From: Octopus sinensis | Lineage: Eukaryota | DNA: 64,000 nucleotides | Reading direction: 5' to 3' | Assembly (NCBI RefSeq): GCF_006345805.1 | Contig: NC_043014.1 | Coordinates: forward strand, 1,178,001-1,242,000 | Shown: positions 26,750-40,553 of the stretch, piece by piece | How the letters are laid out: every line of letters starts with the position of its first letter | How positions within the stretch are numbered: position 1 is the stretch's first letter | The notes under the pieces: model-generated | Seen by the model: the letters and a program-made list of their open reading frames with translations, nothing else | The model's database searches: none | What the model was told of the DNA's origin: nothing | Made by a program: the position numbers and the translations under genes

Positions 26750-27108
26750 CCCCTTTGCAGCTCCTCCTTAACTTCTACTTCTACTAACCATCATCATTAT
26801 CCTCTTTTCTCCTGCCCTCACTCCCACTCTTGAATGGGTTGGCCATGTCTGCACCACATCCTGAAAGTTAAGCACATTTTGCTAGTTTTGGGTTTTCCAG
26901 TCTTATTCCATAAAAGGTATTTCATGGTTGGGTGATTTCATTGCCACCAATGATTGTCACATGCAATTCAACATTAGACATTAGTCCTATTCATTTATCA
27001 CTCATCATTCATGATGTAAAGGGAAGTCTGGCTTTATCATACTAATTATATTAATACTAATCATAAGTCTGTGCCTCTGTGTGTGTGTGTATGAAAATAT
27101 ATACATAT

Positions 27109-27146
<38 letters not shown>

Positions 27147-27243
27147 TATATATATACACTAGAATTGGCATGGCCCTCTGGCTTGCCATCTATTGCCAAA
27201 CAATCCAAACCCATCCTAGCATAGAGAATGGACATTAAATGAT

Positions 27244-28315
27244 GAGGTATTTGAGGACATATTTGGTAATTTAATAAAACAATTCTAGTCTAACAAAGAT
27301 CAAATATATTTTAACAAAAATTTGTGCATTTGTTCTCAATAAGCTTTCTTATCAGAGAGCTTGTGAGAATCCACCTTCAACTTTGAAGATTGCTTCAGTG
27401 CTGGGACCTGAATCATTGACACGCCTTCACTAAATGGTCTTTGTTCATTTCAGATGTCACCCGGCCAATAGCGGCCGTCATTGTATCACGGTATAGCGAG
27501 GATGTTCGGTTAGTCTCTGTATCAACGACGCTACAAAAGAATCCGTACGATTTTAAATCTTGTGAGTTTGGTGTTAAATGATCGAAAAGATTGTCTGACA
27601 CATCCATTCTTGGGTGGGTTTTATGAAAAGGTGTTGGGGTTTGTTGAAGGTTTATCAACTGTCTCCAACACCTCAGTGTATTCAGCAGCATTAATTCTAG
27701 GACCCTGTGGGAATATGTGAGTTGACATGACACAACCTTCGTTACTCACAACTCCTAAAGACCACCACAGCTGCTGGAAACCTTGTGTACATTACTCTGG
27801 AGACATTAGAAGGACTTGTGCCAATCACTTGGTATGGATCCGTTTCCATGTCCTTACAGGCATGCGTTGGCCTCATCTCAGTACATATAAATTGTATCAA
27901 ATGTCTGCGTGCACCACAGTTGTGATAGTCCACTCTACCACTTGGAGTTCTTTGGTGAGGGCCTTTATTGAAATTCTGGGGTCATCATTGATAAGTTTTA
28001 GAACCCATTGGCTGAATTGCAAGAACTTATAGTGTTCGAATGTTTCAAATGATTTTTTTTCTCTCATGCAGTGGAAACATTCCCATCAAACGCTTCCAAA
28101 ACCATCTGGACTTTCTCTATAAAAGATCTTGCAACATTCAGAAAATTGGCAATTTCTCAATTGCTGTGTTCTGCACATACGGCAACAATGAGTGCATATG
28201 CTTTCATTTCTTGTGTTAGCATGTTATGTTCCCTAGGGGATATGAAAGAAATAAAACCCTCTTGATTTGTTTGAAGAGAGCAATGCACAGATATTTAAGT
28301 GTCTTGAAATACCCT
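27244..28315 (-). mobile_element. Decayed Tc1/mariner transposon
   Basis: ORF 27413-27733 ...LTPNSQDLKSYGFFCSVVDTETNRTS...NKDHLVKAC resembles the WPPNSPDLNPLD C-terminus; weak inverted ends GGTATTTGAGGAC / GTCTTGAAATACC. Confidence 0.7.
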
Positions 28316-28912
28316 TCACATCATGAATGATATATATATACATACATAGATTGCTAGGTAGATAGAGAGAGATGAGGGGGAAAGTAGTTTGGTCCTGCCC
28401 CCCTTGAAGTGTGTTAGGGTATGTTTGTCTAATGTCAAGACACACAGACAACTGTTGTACTGCAAACCTATCCAACCCACATTAGCAAAGAAGAGCTCAT
28501 ATTCAAACATCAGTGACAATGATGATGATAATGAAGCATCATGGGATATCTCTACCATAATTTAGATAAGTTTGAATTCTTGGAGTTGTTAATCTATTGG
28601 AATTCTAGTTTCAGAAAAGTTCTGGAATTGATGGAGTCGGTAAGTTTTTTTTTTTTTTTTATAAATATAAGTTTGTAGTATTTTTTAATCGGCTTTTTTA
28701 ATGTTTGTCTTTATTGTAAGTTTTTTTTTAAACCTTTGACATACTTTCTGCCTTATTTTTCCATATCATTTTTTTTAAATTCCAACATTCAGGTGGATTA
28801 GTCTCCAAAATCTATCATGGGTCGACCAGTTCTAAAAAAAGAAAACTAAAAGAAAAACTATATCATGACAAATTTTCATCTCATCCTTTTAATCTAAGAT
28901 AATAATAATAAC

Positions 28913-28944
<32 letters not shown>

Positions 28945-30079
28945 TAATGTGTTCTTCTTAAAAATCAAACTTCTTTTAATACAGAAATAAAACTAAATAA
29001 AAATCAAGCATTATTTCCCTTAATTCCAGGGTTGTCTCCCCTTTCTTTTTTACCAGAATTAATCATAAAGTTATTAAGTTTTTGGTTTATTTTTCCTCGT
29101 CACTACACGCATAATTTTAATTCATTAAATATTTCTTGACTCAACATTAACACCATTAGAACCCACTTTACTGTCAGTTCTTCATGCAGAATGCGTCCCT
29201 CGGTATACAACCCTGTAAACTGCTCCATTTCTCAGCATTATCTTTCCACAGCTTGTTGTTGTTATTGCTGCTGTTGCTGTTGTTGTTGACCATTCCATTG
29301 CATTTTAAGCCGTTTAACAAGATTTCTTCTGAGACCAATGTTTCCAAACCGTCTTTGTTGTTTGTCTTTTCGTTCCACCAAGACTTAAATAAGATTCTTC
29401 TTTCTTTTTTTCAAATCTTGTTGTTGTTACTGTTGTGGTCCTGGCTCTTAATCTTTAATTCATAAAAGTTAGTCATTTCTTAAATGTTATTTTTGTTTGT
29501 TTGTTTAATGTATTATTATTATTATTATTATTATTATTTCTCTTTGAAGTGCCATGGACTCTCTTAGATCCTCCATTTTCTTGGTATAGAATTATTGCTA
29601 ATTGGATTCAGGATCAACATAATTAATAGTCATAGTCGTTGTTGATGATTTTCAATTCCTTAGAAATGCTTTTATTCATTTTTTCTTTTTGTTTTATCAT
29701 TAACGAAATTTGTTGTTTTTCAAAATTAAATAAATATTTCAAGAATGTTATTTCTTTATTTCTTCAGAAGATCCTTTTATTATTATTATTATGTTTTTTT
29801 TTTGGCAATATTAGATTTTAATTCTCTCCCACTCCCTTCAAAACTGATTTTTTTTAGGTGTTTTTTGTTTTAGGTGGTGCCTGTATTTTAGTTTGTTAAT
29901 TGTGTTGGCTTCGTTAAAATAACGTTTTTCCTTTTTTTTTTCTTATTTTATGTCTTTTTGAAGCTTGTCATGTGATTTTTTTTTCATTAACGATCCATGA
30001 AACTCATTTACTTCTTGTTATCATCGTTATCTTAATCTTCTCGTTTGTCTCTCTTTCTTTCCCTGGTTCGTCCATCCAG

Positions 30080-30189
30080 AACAACGGTTGGACTGTGTGC
30101 ATGAAGTGTGAAACCTACCGTCCACCCCGAGCACATCACTGCCGAGTTTGTCAACGCTGTATACGACGGATGGACCACCACTGCCCTTG
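30080..30189 (+). CDS. ZDHHC: ZDHHC exon: Cys-rich domain up to DHHCP
   Basis: Pyrimidine tract + ccatccag|AAC; encodes [36 protein letters not shown]; donor TG|gtcagt (phase 2). Confidence 0.95.
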
Positions 30190-31168
30190 GTCAGTATTAC
30201 CTTCAATTGACTTTGCATTCGGTTTCCCCCCTGCCTCAACCACCCAGTTACTATAGCAACATTCGGGGATCAAAATTAGAGGGACACTGCCCATGGCTTT
30301 CTACATGCACCCCTCTCCCCACCAGACTGAGGGAGGAAAGGAGGTTGTGGGGTGAGGTTTAACTGAAAAGAACATAAACCCTAGGCCCTCAACCAGATCC
30401 AGAACCTGAGTTTTTTAGGGGGGGGGCATGAAAATAAAGGAAAACATAATTAATTAAAGAAAGGAAACTATTATATTTATAGACCAGCAGAGGGCACTGG
30501 GGGATGCTTGAACTGCAGTTGACATAGACAATGGTGGGAACAGAATGTTCTAGAAGAAGTGTTTAATGAAGGACTCTGACTGTGAGACTAAATAAGAATG
30601 ACAAGAGGAGGGCATGGATGTAGAGGCTACACAACCTGGTACTTGAGAGGAGCAGGAGCTGTTGCAGTAGTGGTACAAGTGATATAAGGAGGATACACTA
30701 CAGCTGAGTGATGCTCTCTCCATCTCTCTCTCTCTCTCTGCCAATATCCCTACTCCACTCACTTTAACACTGTTACCCACCCCAAAAGAATTTGTGCCTG
30801 TGAGGGGTCTGGCTGAGACTCGCCTCCATTTTGCTCTTCTACCTCCCATCCCCCACCGCACATCTACCCAGCCTGTCCTGATGTGTTCATCACACCAGCC
30901 CTAATGGGTGGGGAAGCCAGTCCTGGGGTTTTACACCTGACAGGAAGAAGGGAATTCCAGCCGATATTTTGGTTGTTTACTGAGTCCCTTAACATTGATA
31001 TGTTAATCTGTGTGTGTGTGTGTTTCTATATGTATATTTATATAAAAGAGAGATGAGAACCAGATGGATTAAGTTAAAGAGAATTATTCTGTGTTCTAGT
31101 TCTTTTTTCTGTGTGTGTGTGTGTGTGTGTATATACATACATATACACATGTATGTTTATCTATCTAT

Positions 31169-31203
<35 letters not shown>

Positions 31204-31412
31204 TATAAGTCCAGCAAAAATTTAGATTCAAATGAATATGGTACTTAATTTAGATGCACCAGAATTTTGTATGGTGTTATCCATAAAAATTTGCGGGGTG
31301 ATTATAATCAAAATAAGCAACAAGAATAAGAAACCGGAGTCATTCTTGTTGCTTATTTTGAGTATATATATGTTTATGTGTATGTATGTATGTATATGTG
31401 TGCATGCAGTGG

Positions 31413-31461
<49 letters not shown>

Positions 31462-33000
31462 CTTGGTGTCTTTAACAGGATCAACAACTGTGTTGGAGAA
31501 TATAACCAAAAGTTTTTTCTCCAGTTCCTCTTTTATACAGGTACGTTATCCATTTTATCTTATTTCATCAAAAGCTATTTTATCAGCAACTTCATCTGAA
31601 AGTATCAATTTTCCACCATCTTCCCTCAAACTTATTTTTAAGCTCTGTCTTTTTTTTCTTTCCCCCTAAACCAACCCCCAAAATATAATTTCCTTCTTCT
31701 TGAAGGAAACTACAAGTTTTCTGCCTCTCATCTCACTGCATCCCCCATTCTCTGTCTGTTTGTCTCTCTACAGAATATGGCGACCACATGTCCATTTAGG
31801 ATTCTAACTCTGCATCTGACCACACTCTCTCCTGCTCTGGCTAATTGTCTCTCTGACTATCTAGATGTCTAATTAACTGTTTAGCCATGTGTCTATATTT
31901 AATAGCCAACTGTCTCTCTCTGTTAGTCAGCCTACCTGTCTGATTAGCTAGCCATATACTCTTTTACTCTTTTACTTGTTTCAGTCAATTGACTGCGGCC
32001 ATGCTGGAGCACCGCCTTTAGTCGAGCAAATCGACCCCGGGACTTATTCTTTATAAGCCCAGTACTTATTCTATCGGTCTCTTTTGCTGAATCGCTGAGT
32101 GACGGAGACGTAAACACACCAGCATCGGTTGTCAAGCAATGCTAGGGGCAAACACAGACACACAAACACACACATACATGTATATACGACAGGCTTCTTT
32201 CAGTTTCCGTCTACCAAATCCACTCACAAGGCATTGGTCGGCCCGGGGCTATAGCAGAAGACACTTGCCCAAGATGCCACGCAGTGGGACTGAACCCGGA
32301 ACCATGTGGTTGGTTAGCAAGCTACTTACCACAGAGCCACTCCTGCGCCTATCTATGTACCTATCTTTTTAGTTAATTGTCTAAATCTTTATATTGCTTA
32401 CTAATTGTCTTTCTATCGAAACAGGAAGTTTTAAAATTTTGTTTCGGGAATTATTTATTCCCCATTACACATGTTTCATTTACTAATAGGAATCACAAAG
32501 ATTTACCTGTTTTATAGACAGGTAAGAATCTTCCTATTAGAAATTCTTCAGACAGAGAATCAGATAGCACCAAAAACTTGTTTCCAACTTCCTGTTATTA
32601 TTTCCTGAATGTTCAACTCTAATATGCCCACCCCACATACATACAACAGCCACAAACCGGATTGTAATACTAGAAGAAGCAGATGTGCTTTTAAGAGCAC
32701 ACAGCTTGCCTTTTAACTCTGCCCTCAAAGCCTATGTTTCTTGCTACATAACTCTCTTGTCTCTATGTCTAATCTATTTAGCTTACCTAACTCTGTGGCA
32801 TTCTATCTTGCTGTCTGTCTGTCTGTCTCTACTCTGTCTCTATAACGTTTGTGCTGCTATCTTTTATATGCGTTTGCAATGGTGTCTTTATTTCATCTCT
32901 ACCGTTTCTCTACTCTACATCTGCTCTACTGTGTCTCTACTGCCTTTCAACCTGTATCACTTTACTCTCCCTTCTACCACTAAAAATTATCATCACAGCC

Positions 33001-33039
<39 letters not shown>

Positions 33040-33046
33040 ATTATTG

Positions 33047-33092
<46 letters not shown>

Positions 33093-34492
33093 GGTGGCGA
33101 GCTGGCAGAAGTATTTCATCCGTCGCTATGTTCTGAGTTCAAATTCCACCATGGTCACCTTTACCTTTCATCCTTTCGGGGTCAATAAATTAAGTACCAG
33201 TGAAACTCTGGGAATCAATGAAATCAACTAGTCTCTTCCCATCAAACTTCATGTCTTATTCCTTTAGTAAAAAGGATTATTATTATTATTGTTGTTGTTG
33301 TTCCTCCATTCCCCTCAAGGTGGCGAGCTGGCAGACTTGTTAGTACACCAGGCGAAATGCTTAGTGGTATTTTGCCTGTCGCTATGTTCTGAGTTCAAAT
33401 TCCGCTGAGGTTCACTTTAACTTTCATCGTTTCGAGGTTGATAAATCAAGTACCAGTTGAACACTGGGGTCGATGTAATTGACACACCCTCTCCCCCGAA
33501 ATGGTTGCCCTTGTGGCAAAATTTGAAACCATTATTCCATTCCGCATTCCTCTTCCTACACTCTTCCCTAATAACTCTCCAAACTTCTATTCCTTCCATT
33601 AACATCTCCCTAAGGGATCCTCACCCCCTACTTCTTCACTCCCTCCCTTCACATACCAGACCATGTACCCTTCTTATCTTTAAGAGATCCCCCAACACTT
33701 TACCAATATTCGATAAGACCTCCAAACCTCTCCTGTCCTAATCCAGCCACATGTGACCCCCACTCCTCCAGTGTGTGATTAACTAAATCTCTTGTGTTCT
33801 TCTCTGCAGGTTTGGCCTGTGTCTTTACAATATCCATGGTTCTGGTCTCCTGGGTCTTAGATCCAGTCTCCAAAAGAGATTTAAAGAATGTAAAATTGTA
33901 AGTAAAAACAGATTATGAACTCAAGATATTCTATTGAGGGGGGGGGGGCTGCAGTGTTGGGTTATGTGGTATGGTGAGTTATTGGGGGAGTGTATTGAGG
34001 TATGTTGCAGTGGTGGTGGTGGTGGTGGTGGTGTGGAGTTGTGGTATGGCATGGTTCTGATGTGATGTTCTGTAGTTGTGTGGTAGGGTGTTGATGTGAT
34101 GTGATGTTGTTTGTTGTGCTGTGATACAACTGAAGGCATGCAGCTCATAACCATAAGCCCATGAGTTCAATCCCTGGCAGCACCTTGTGTCTCTGCAAAA
34201 GACACTTTATTTCACGTCACTTCCAGTCCACTCACCTGGCAAAAATGAGCTGCACCTGTAATTAAAAAAAGGGCCAACCTTATCACATTCTATGTCATGC
34301 TGAATCTCCCTGAGAACTACATTAAGGGTATGCATGTCTCTGGAATACTCAGCCACTTACACATTAATTTCACAAGCAGGCTGTTCTTTTGATTGGATCA
34401 GCTGGGACCCCTATCATCATAACCAACAGTCTGCCAGGTCTTTTGTTTCCTTTTTATTACAGTAGTGTTGTTATAGTGTGGAATATGTATGC

Positions 34493-34535
<43 letters not shown>

Positions 34536-35031
34536 AATGTAAAAAAACACAAACTGGGACAAGAATGTGAAACATTTAGAAGACGATACAAAAAACACGG
34601 ACAGGACATTCGAAGCCTTCAATCTTCAGTCAAGAACCGGATCATCTTCGCAATTTCGGCTGATTAATCTTGAGATTGCTCTGACCTGGCCAGCCCCAAA
34701 AGAAAATCTAAGCCAAGCGCATTAGATTCCTTGGAAGAAAGTCTCGAATGTATACAAAACAAGGACGGAAAACCGGACGATAAATGATTATCTTTTACTA
34801 ATCCCAAAGGTGGTGCATTAGCAAAATCATGGAAACCTCAGAAAAATACTGAACACTGTTTGTTCCGTTATTCTGCAGTCTAGTTTCAAATCCTACCAGG
34901 GTCAGCTTTGTCTTACATGTTTTCAGGGTTGATAAAATAAAGTACCAGTCATGTATTGGGGTAGCCATAATTGACTTTTCCCCCCTCCCCTTCAAAATTG
35001 CAGACTTTGTACCTGCGTTAAAAATTATTAC

Positions 35032-35085
<54 letters not shown>

Positions 35086-36911
35086 CCTCGTTAATTCTGT
35101 TTCATTAATTTGCAGATTGCATTCTGTTGCTCTTGTGGCTGAATCTTTAGTGTTTGGCCTGTTTGTATTGGCCATTGGATGTGACCAGGTAAGTGACCAC
35201 AGACGACTGTGTTATTTATATTAAATGGTCAGTTTTATAGACCCAGACCAATAAAAGGGGTGGAATGGTGAACTAGATATAAAGGATTAGATTAGCTGGT
35301 TGTTGGTTTTTAAGGAGTTTTGTTATGTCATCTACATCACTGCCTGGAACATACAGGTGTGTAAGACACGTGTACATAGAGACATAGATACTCACACACA
35401 CACACACATCTGTGTGCATCTCATTTACAGCAAGGCACCTGTACCTGTCCCTCTCTCATACTTTAACCTTTCGTCACCTACTACAAAGTCCCCTGTCCCC
35501 CCACAACGCTGCACCTTCAACTCAGCTGAGGGGGGTCTTACCTTGTCAGTTTCTTGGTGACCTCACTGCTGCTGGAGCCACATAAAAACCTTTGGGAAGT
35601 GGTTGGCATTAGGGAAGGGCATTGAGCTGTAGAAACCCTACCCAGAGCAGGAAATCAAGCTCATTGGCTCTTCTCATACTCTCATCATCATCATCATCAT
35701 CAAAATGATTAGACTAGCAGAATCTTAGAGCATCAGACAAAGTGCCTTGCAATATTTGTTCCAGTTCTTAATGTTCTGAGTTCAAATCCTGCCAAGGTCA
35801 ACTTTGCTTGTTGTCCTTTGGGGATTGCTAAAGATAAATAACCTATCAAGTACTGATATTCTCTCTCTCTCTCTCTTTCTCTCTCTCTTCTCTCTCTCTC
35901 TCCCGTTTCTCTCTCTGACTCTTTCTCTCCTTCTCCCTCTTTCTCTGTCTCTCCTCCCTCCCTTCCCATACTTCTATATATGACAATGTCCAGTAACCTC
36001 TTTTTCTCTCTCTCTTTCTGTGACTCTCTCTCTCTCCCCCTGTTTCTCTCTCCTTCTCCCTCTGTCTCTCCTCCCTCCCTTCCCATACATCTTCTATATT
36101 TAACAATGTCCATTAACCCCTCTCTCTCTCTCTCTCTCTCTCTCCCACCCAGGTATCTTCTATATTCAATGATGAAACTGCTGTCGAACACGTGAAAAAA
36201 GAAGAATACAGACGACCACCCCGATCGAAATATCATTTATTACAGGAAGTTTTTGGTCGAGGTAACATTTTTCATTTCACACACACACACATACATACGT
36301 ACATGCAAATACACTCACACACATACATATGTGGAAACATATACACTTACCCACATACAGACACACATACCTCCATACTAATACAATATAGACATACACA
36401 TACACACACTCATATTCATATATATGTACACCACACACACACACACACTGGTACACCCACTTCACACAATATCTTAACAACAACAACAACAACACCAATA
36501 ATAGTACAAAGTTGTTGTTTAACCCCAGGTCAGTTCTGATCCAGTAGACCTGTGATCAGGACATCCCATCTTTTATTCCAACATCTACAACTAAATAGAG
36601 TTCTTCTTTATCAGATGGTAAAGATAGGAGCTGAAGGGGATCTAGCTGCTATTTCTAGATTGTTGGGCAACCAGATGGTGACTCATTGATGGTGGTGGTG
36701 GTGTTGGTTTGTCTGCCCCAGTTCCTTCCAAAACATCAGGAACCACTTTGAATCTCTGTACTTTCCTAAAGCTCTTACAGTAACAGTCATCACAACAACA
36801 ACAACAACAACTGGAGCAATGACATTCTTTGTAAAATGGTTCAGAAATTTCTTTTCTTAGTCCATTCCTGGTCTAAATATTTTGCTAAACTACTTCAAAG
36901 TAAAACTAGTG

Positions 36912-36947
<36 letters not shown>

Positions 36948-37034
36948 CTCTCTCTCTCTCTCTTTTTCTCTCTCATTTATATGCATACACACATACTATT
37001 TCCGCCAAAAGATTATCATCATTTATATACATAC

Positions 37035-37066
<32 letters not shown>

Positions 37067-39965
37067 GCACACATACACACGTGTGTGTGTTTGTAATCAC
37101 TGTTTTCCAGCAGCACATTTTTATCATTAATATATATACATACATAATACACACACACACACATGCACACATATATATATACATATATTTGTTTAAATTG
37201 TAGAATGCTATGCAAAGCTTGTCCACAGTTACTGGCTACCTGATGCCACTATATGATGGAAATGCCCTTGCTACTGAATATACATTAGGAATTCCATTGT
37301 GTCTGTAGAACTTATATGAATAGAGAAATGATAGGAAATAGAATAAATTATATTCTTTACTTAAAATCACTGCTGAAAATGACACCACTTTGGTTTTGCA
37401 TTCTTGTGTTCAATGAAATGATAGCAGGATCTAATGAAGGACTTACTTAACCTTTTAGTATTCAGATTATTCTATCAAACATAATGCCTATTGATTCCCA
37501 TTGATTTGAATTAATCATGCATTATCTCATATCTTCAAGAGCTTGATGGTGTACTTACTTAATGTAGAATAACATTGTAGGGTAGGTGTGAGAGCCTGGA
37601 TCTGGTCAGTTTGAACATAAAACAGATTAACTATTTTGGCCGGATATGGCCGGTTTAAATACTAAAGGGTTAAACAATCACCTGAGGAGGTGCATTTCAC
37701 ACCTTCGATGCATGATAATAGTTACACAACATCTCACCAAAGTATGACAAGTGTAAAATTGTATCGAAACAATTGTAGTGATTTTTAACTGAAGAATGTC
37801 ATTCATTCTATTTTCCATAATTTGTCTGTCTGTCTGTCCACACACACACACACACACACTAATGATAGTGTGTGTATAAGGCATGATGGCTGAACCATTT
37901 GAGCATTGGAATAAATGCTTTGGGGTATTTTTCCAGCATTTTATGTTCCGACTTCAAATCCCATTGAAGTGTCGCCCTTGCCTTTTATTCTTCTGGGGTC
38001 AGTAAAATAAAGTACCAGTCTAGTTCCTGGGGTCAGTCGTATTGACTAACCCCTGCCTTCCTTCATAATAGCTGGCTTGCTGCTTAAGTTAGAAACCACT
38101 GTGTGTGTGTGTGTGTGTTGTGTGTGTGTGGTGTTGCTCCAGCTTGGCTGGCAGCTCTGTAATCCTGTTGTTTGTTTTGCAAGCACCATCCGCAGTAGAA
38201 TTACTTCTTGATTGTAATCTAATCCCTGACCCTGATTGACTCCATATTGCATTTTACCACCACAGCCACCACCACCACTGCCGCCACCATAACCACCATA
38301 ACCACCATACCCACCACCTCCACCACTGCCACCACTGCCACCACCATAACCACCACCTCCACCACCACCACCGCTACCACTACCACCACCACCGCCACCA
38401 CTACCACCACCACTGCCACCAACACCACCACCACCACCCTAGCCACCACCGCCACCACCCTCCTGTGCAATGTTACATACCAGCCTTCAACAACAGGTCC
38501 TTCTGCCTCCACCCCCTTCGTCTCCCCTCCTCCTCGTTGCTAATGACTACAATATGGAATCCATGGCTTTGTGGTGGAAACAGACGAGTCTTAAGGAGGC
38601 AGCTGCTGAATGAAACGTCATGATGTCTCCTCCTAGTTCACAACCATGTGGTTTTGAGTTCAATCCCACTGTACAGCACTCTGAGTGTCTCTTACTTTAG
38701 CCCCAACCTGACCAATTCCATCAGAAGGAATTTGGTAGACAGAATCTCTGGAAAGCCTGTCATATATCCAGGTACAATGGTGACTGTTGACCAAGGTGAC
38801 TGTTAACCAGGATGACTGTTGAATTAGGTGACTGTTGACCAAGGTGACTGTTGAATTAGGTGACTGTTGACCAAGATGACTGTCTATCAAGGTGACTGTT
38901 GACCAAGGTGACTGTTGACCAAGATGACTGTCTATCAAGTGACTGTTGACCAAGGTGACTGTTGACCAAGATGACTGTCTATCAAGGTGACTGCTGACCA
39001 AGGTGACTGTTGACCAAGGTGACTGTTGATCAAGGTGACTGGTGACTTAGAGCACTGTCGACTAAGGTGACTACTGACCAAGATGACTGTCTACCAAGGT
39101 GACTGTTGACCAAGGTGACTGTCTACCAAGGTGACTGTTGACTAAGGGGACTGTGTGACTGTTGATGTAGAGTACTGTTGACTAAGGTGACTACTGACCA
39201 AGATGATTGTCTACCAAGGTGACTGTTGACCAAGGTGACTGTTGACCAAGGTGACTGTCTACCAAGGTGACTGTTGACTAAGGTGACTGTGTGACTGTTG
39301 ACTTAGAGCACTGTTGACTAAGTTGACTACTGACCAAGATGATTGTCTACCAAGGTGACTGTTGACTAAGGGGACTGTGTGACTGTTGACGTAGAGTACT
39401 GTTGACCAAGGTGACTGTTGACCAAGGTGACTGTCTACCAAGGTGACTGTTGACCAAGGTGACTGTTGACCAAGGTGACTGTCTACCAAGGTGACTGTTG
39501 ACCAAGGTGACTGTCTACCAAGGTGACTGTTGACTAAGGGGACTGTGTGACTGTTGACGTAGAGTACTGTTGACTAAGTTGACTACTGACCAAGATGATT
39601 GTCTACCAAGGTGACTGTTGACCAAGGTGACTGTCTACCAAGGTGACTGTTGACTAAGGGGACTGTGTGACTGTTGACGTAGAGTACTGTTGACTAAGTT
39701 GACTACTGACCAAGATGATTGTCTACCAAGGTGACTGTTGACCAAGGTGACTGTTGACCAAGGTGACTGTCTACCAAGGTGACTGTTGACTAAGGTGACT
39801 GTTGACTTAGAGCACTGTTGACTAAGGTGACTACTGACCAAGATGACTGTCTACCAAGGTGACTGTTGACTTAGGTGACTGGTGACTAAAGTAACTGCCC
39901 CTGATTCAGAAAAATCGGTTATCTGGAAAGGTTTTGGAGACAAAGGATCCTGAAATTGATGTTGC

Positions 39966-40003
<38 letters not shown>

Positions 40004-40520
40004 GTTATATGTATCAAATGAAGGTGTGTGGCTTAGTGGTCAGGGTATTCAACTCATGGTCACAGGGCCATGAATTCAATACCTGGTGGTGTGTTGTATG
40101 CTTGAGCAAGATGCTTCGCTTCCCATTGCTTCCAGTCCACTCAGCTGACAACACTGAGTTGTACCAGTAATTCAGAGGGGCCAGCCTTGTTTCATTTCGT
40201 GTCCTGTTGAATCTCTCGGAGAACTACGTTAAGGAAACACGTGTCTGTGGAGTACTCAACCACGTGCACTTTGATTTCATAAGCTGGCTGTTCCATTGCT
40301 CGGATCTACTGGAAACCTTGTATCGTAACCAACAGTTCTAGCATGTTGGACAAAATGCTTAGGGGCAGTTCTTCACCTTTCATCCTTTCAAGGTTGATGA
40401 AGTAAAATACCAGTCACATTACTGGGGTCAATGTAAACGACCAGCACCCCTCCCCCCAAAAAAACTTCAGGTTCTGTGCCTATAGTAGAAAGAATCATCA
40501 TCATCATCATTATTATTATT

Positions 40521-40553
<33 letters not shown>

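Noticed and set aside
29180-29410. Minus-strand open frame with a poly-Asn tract
   Set aside because: Bounded upstream by an in-frame stop, no good acceptor, and the Asn run comes from a (CAA) repeat
38219-38543. Mucin-like Thr-rich ORF and its Val-rich antisense ORF
   Set aside because: Produced by an (ACC)n repeat inside a ZDHHC intron; no convincing splice sites or flanking domains
38779-39897. Regular repeats as a possible CRISPR array
   Set aside because: Contiguous monomers with no unique spacers, in a eukaryotic intron
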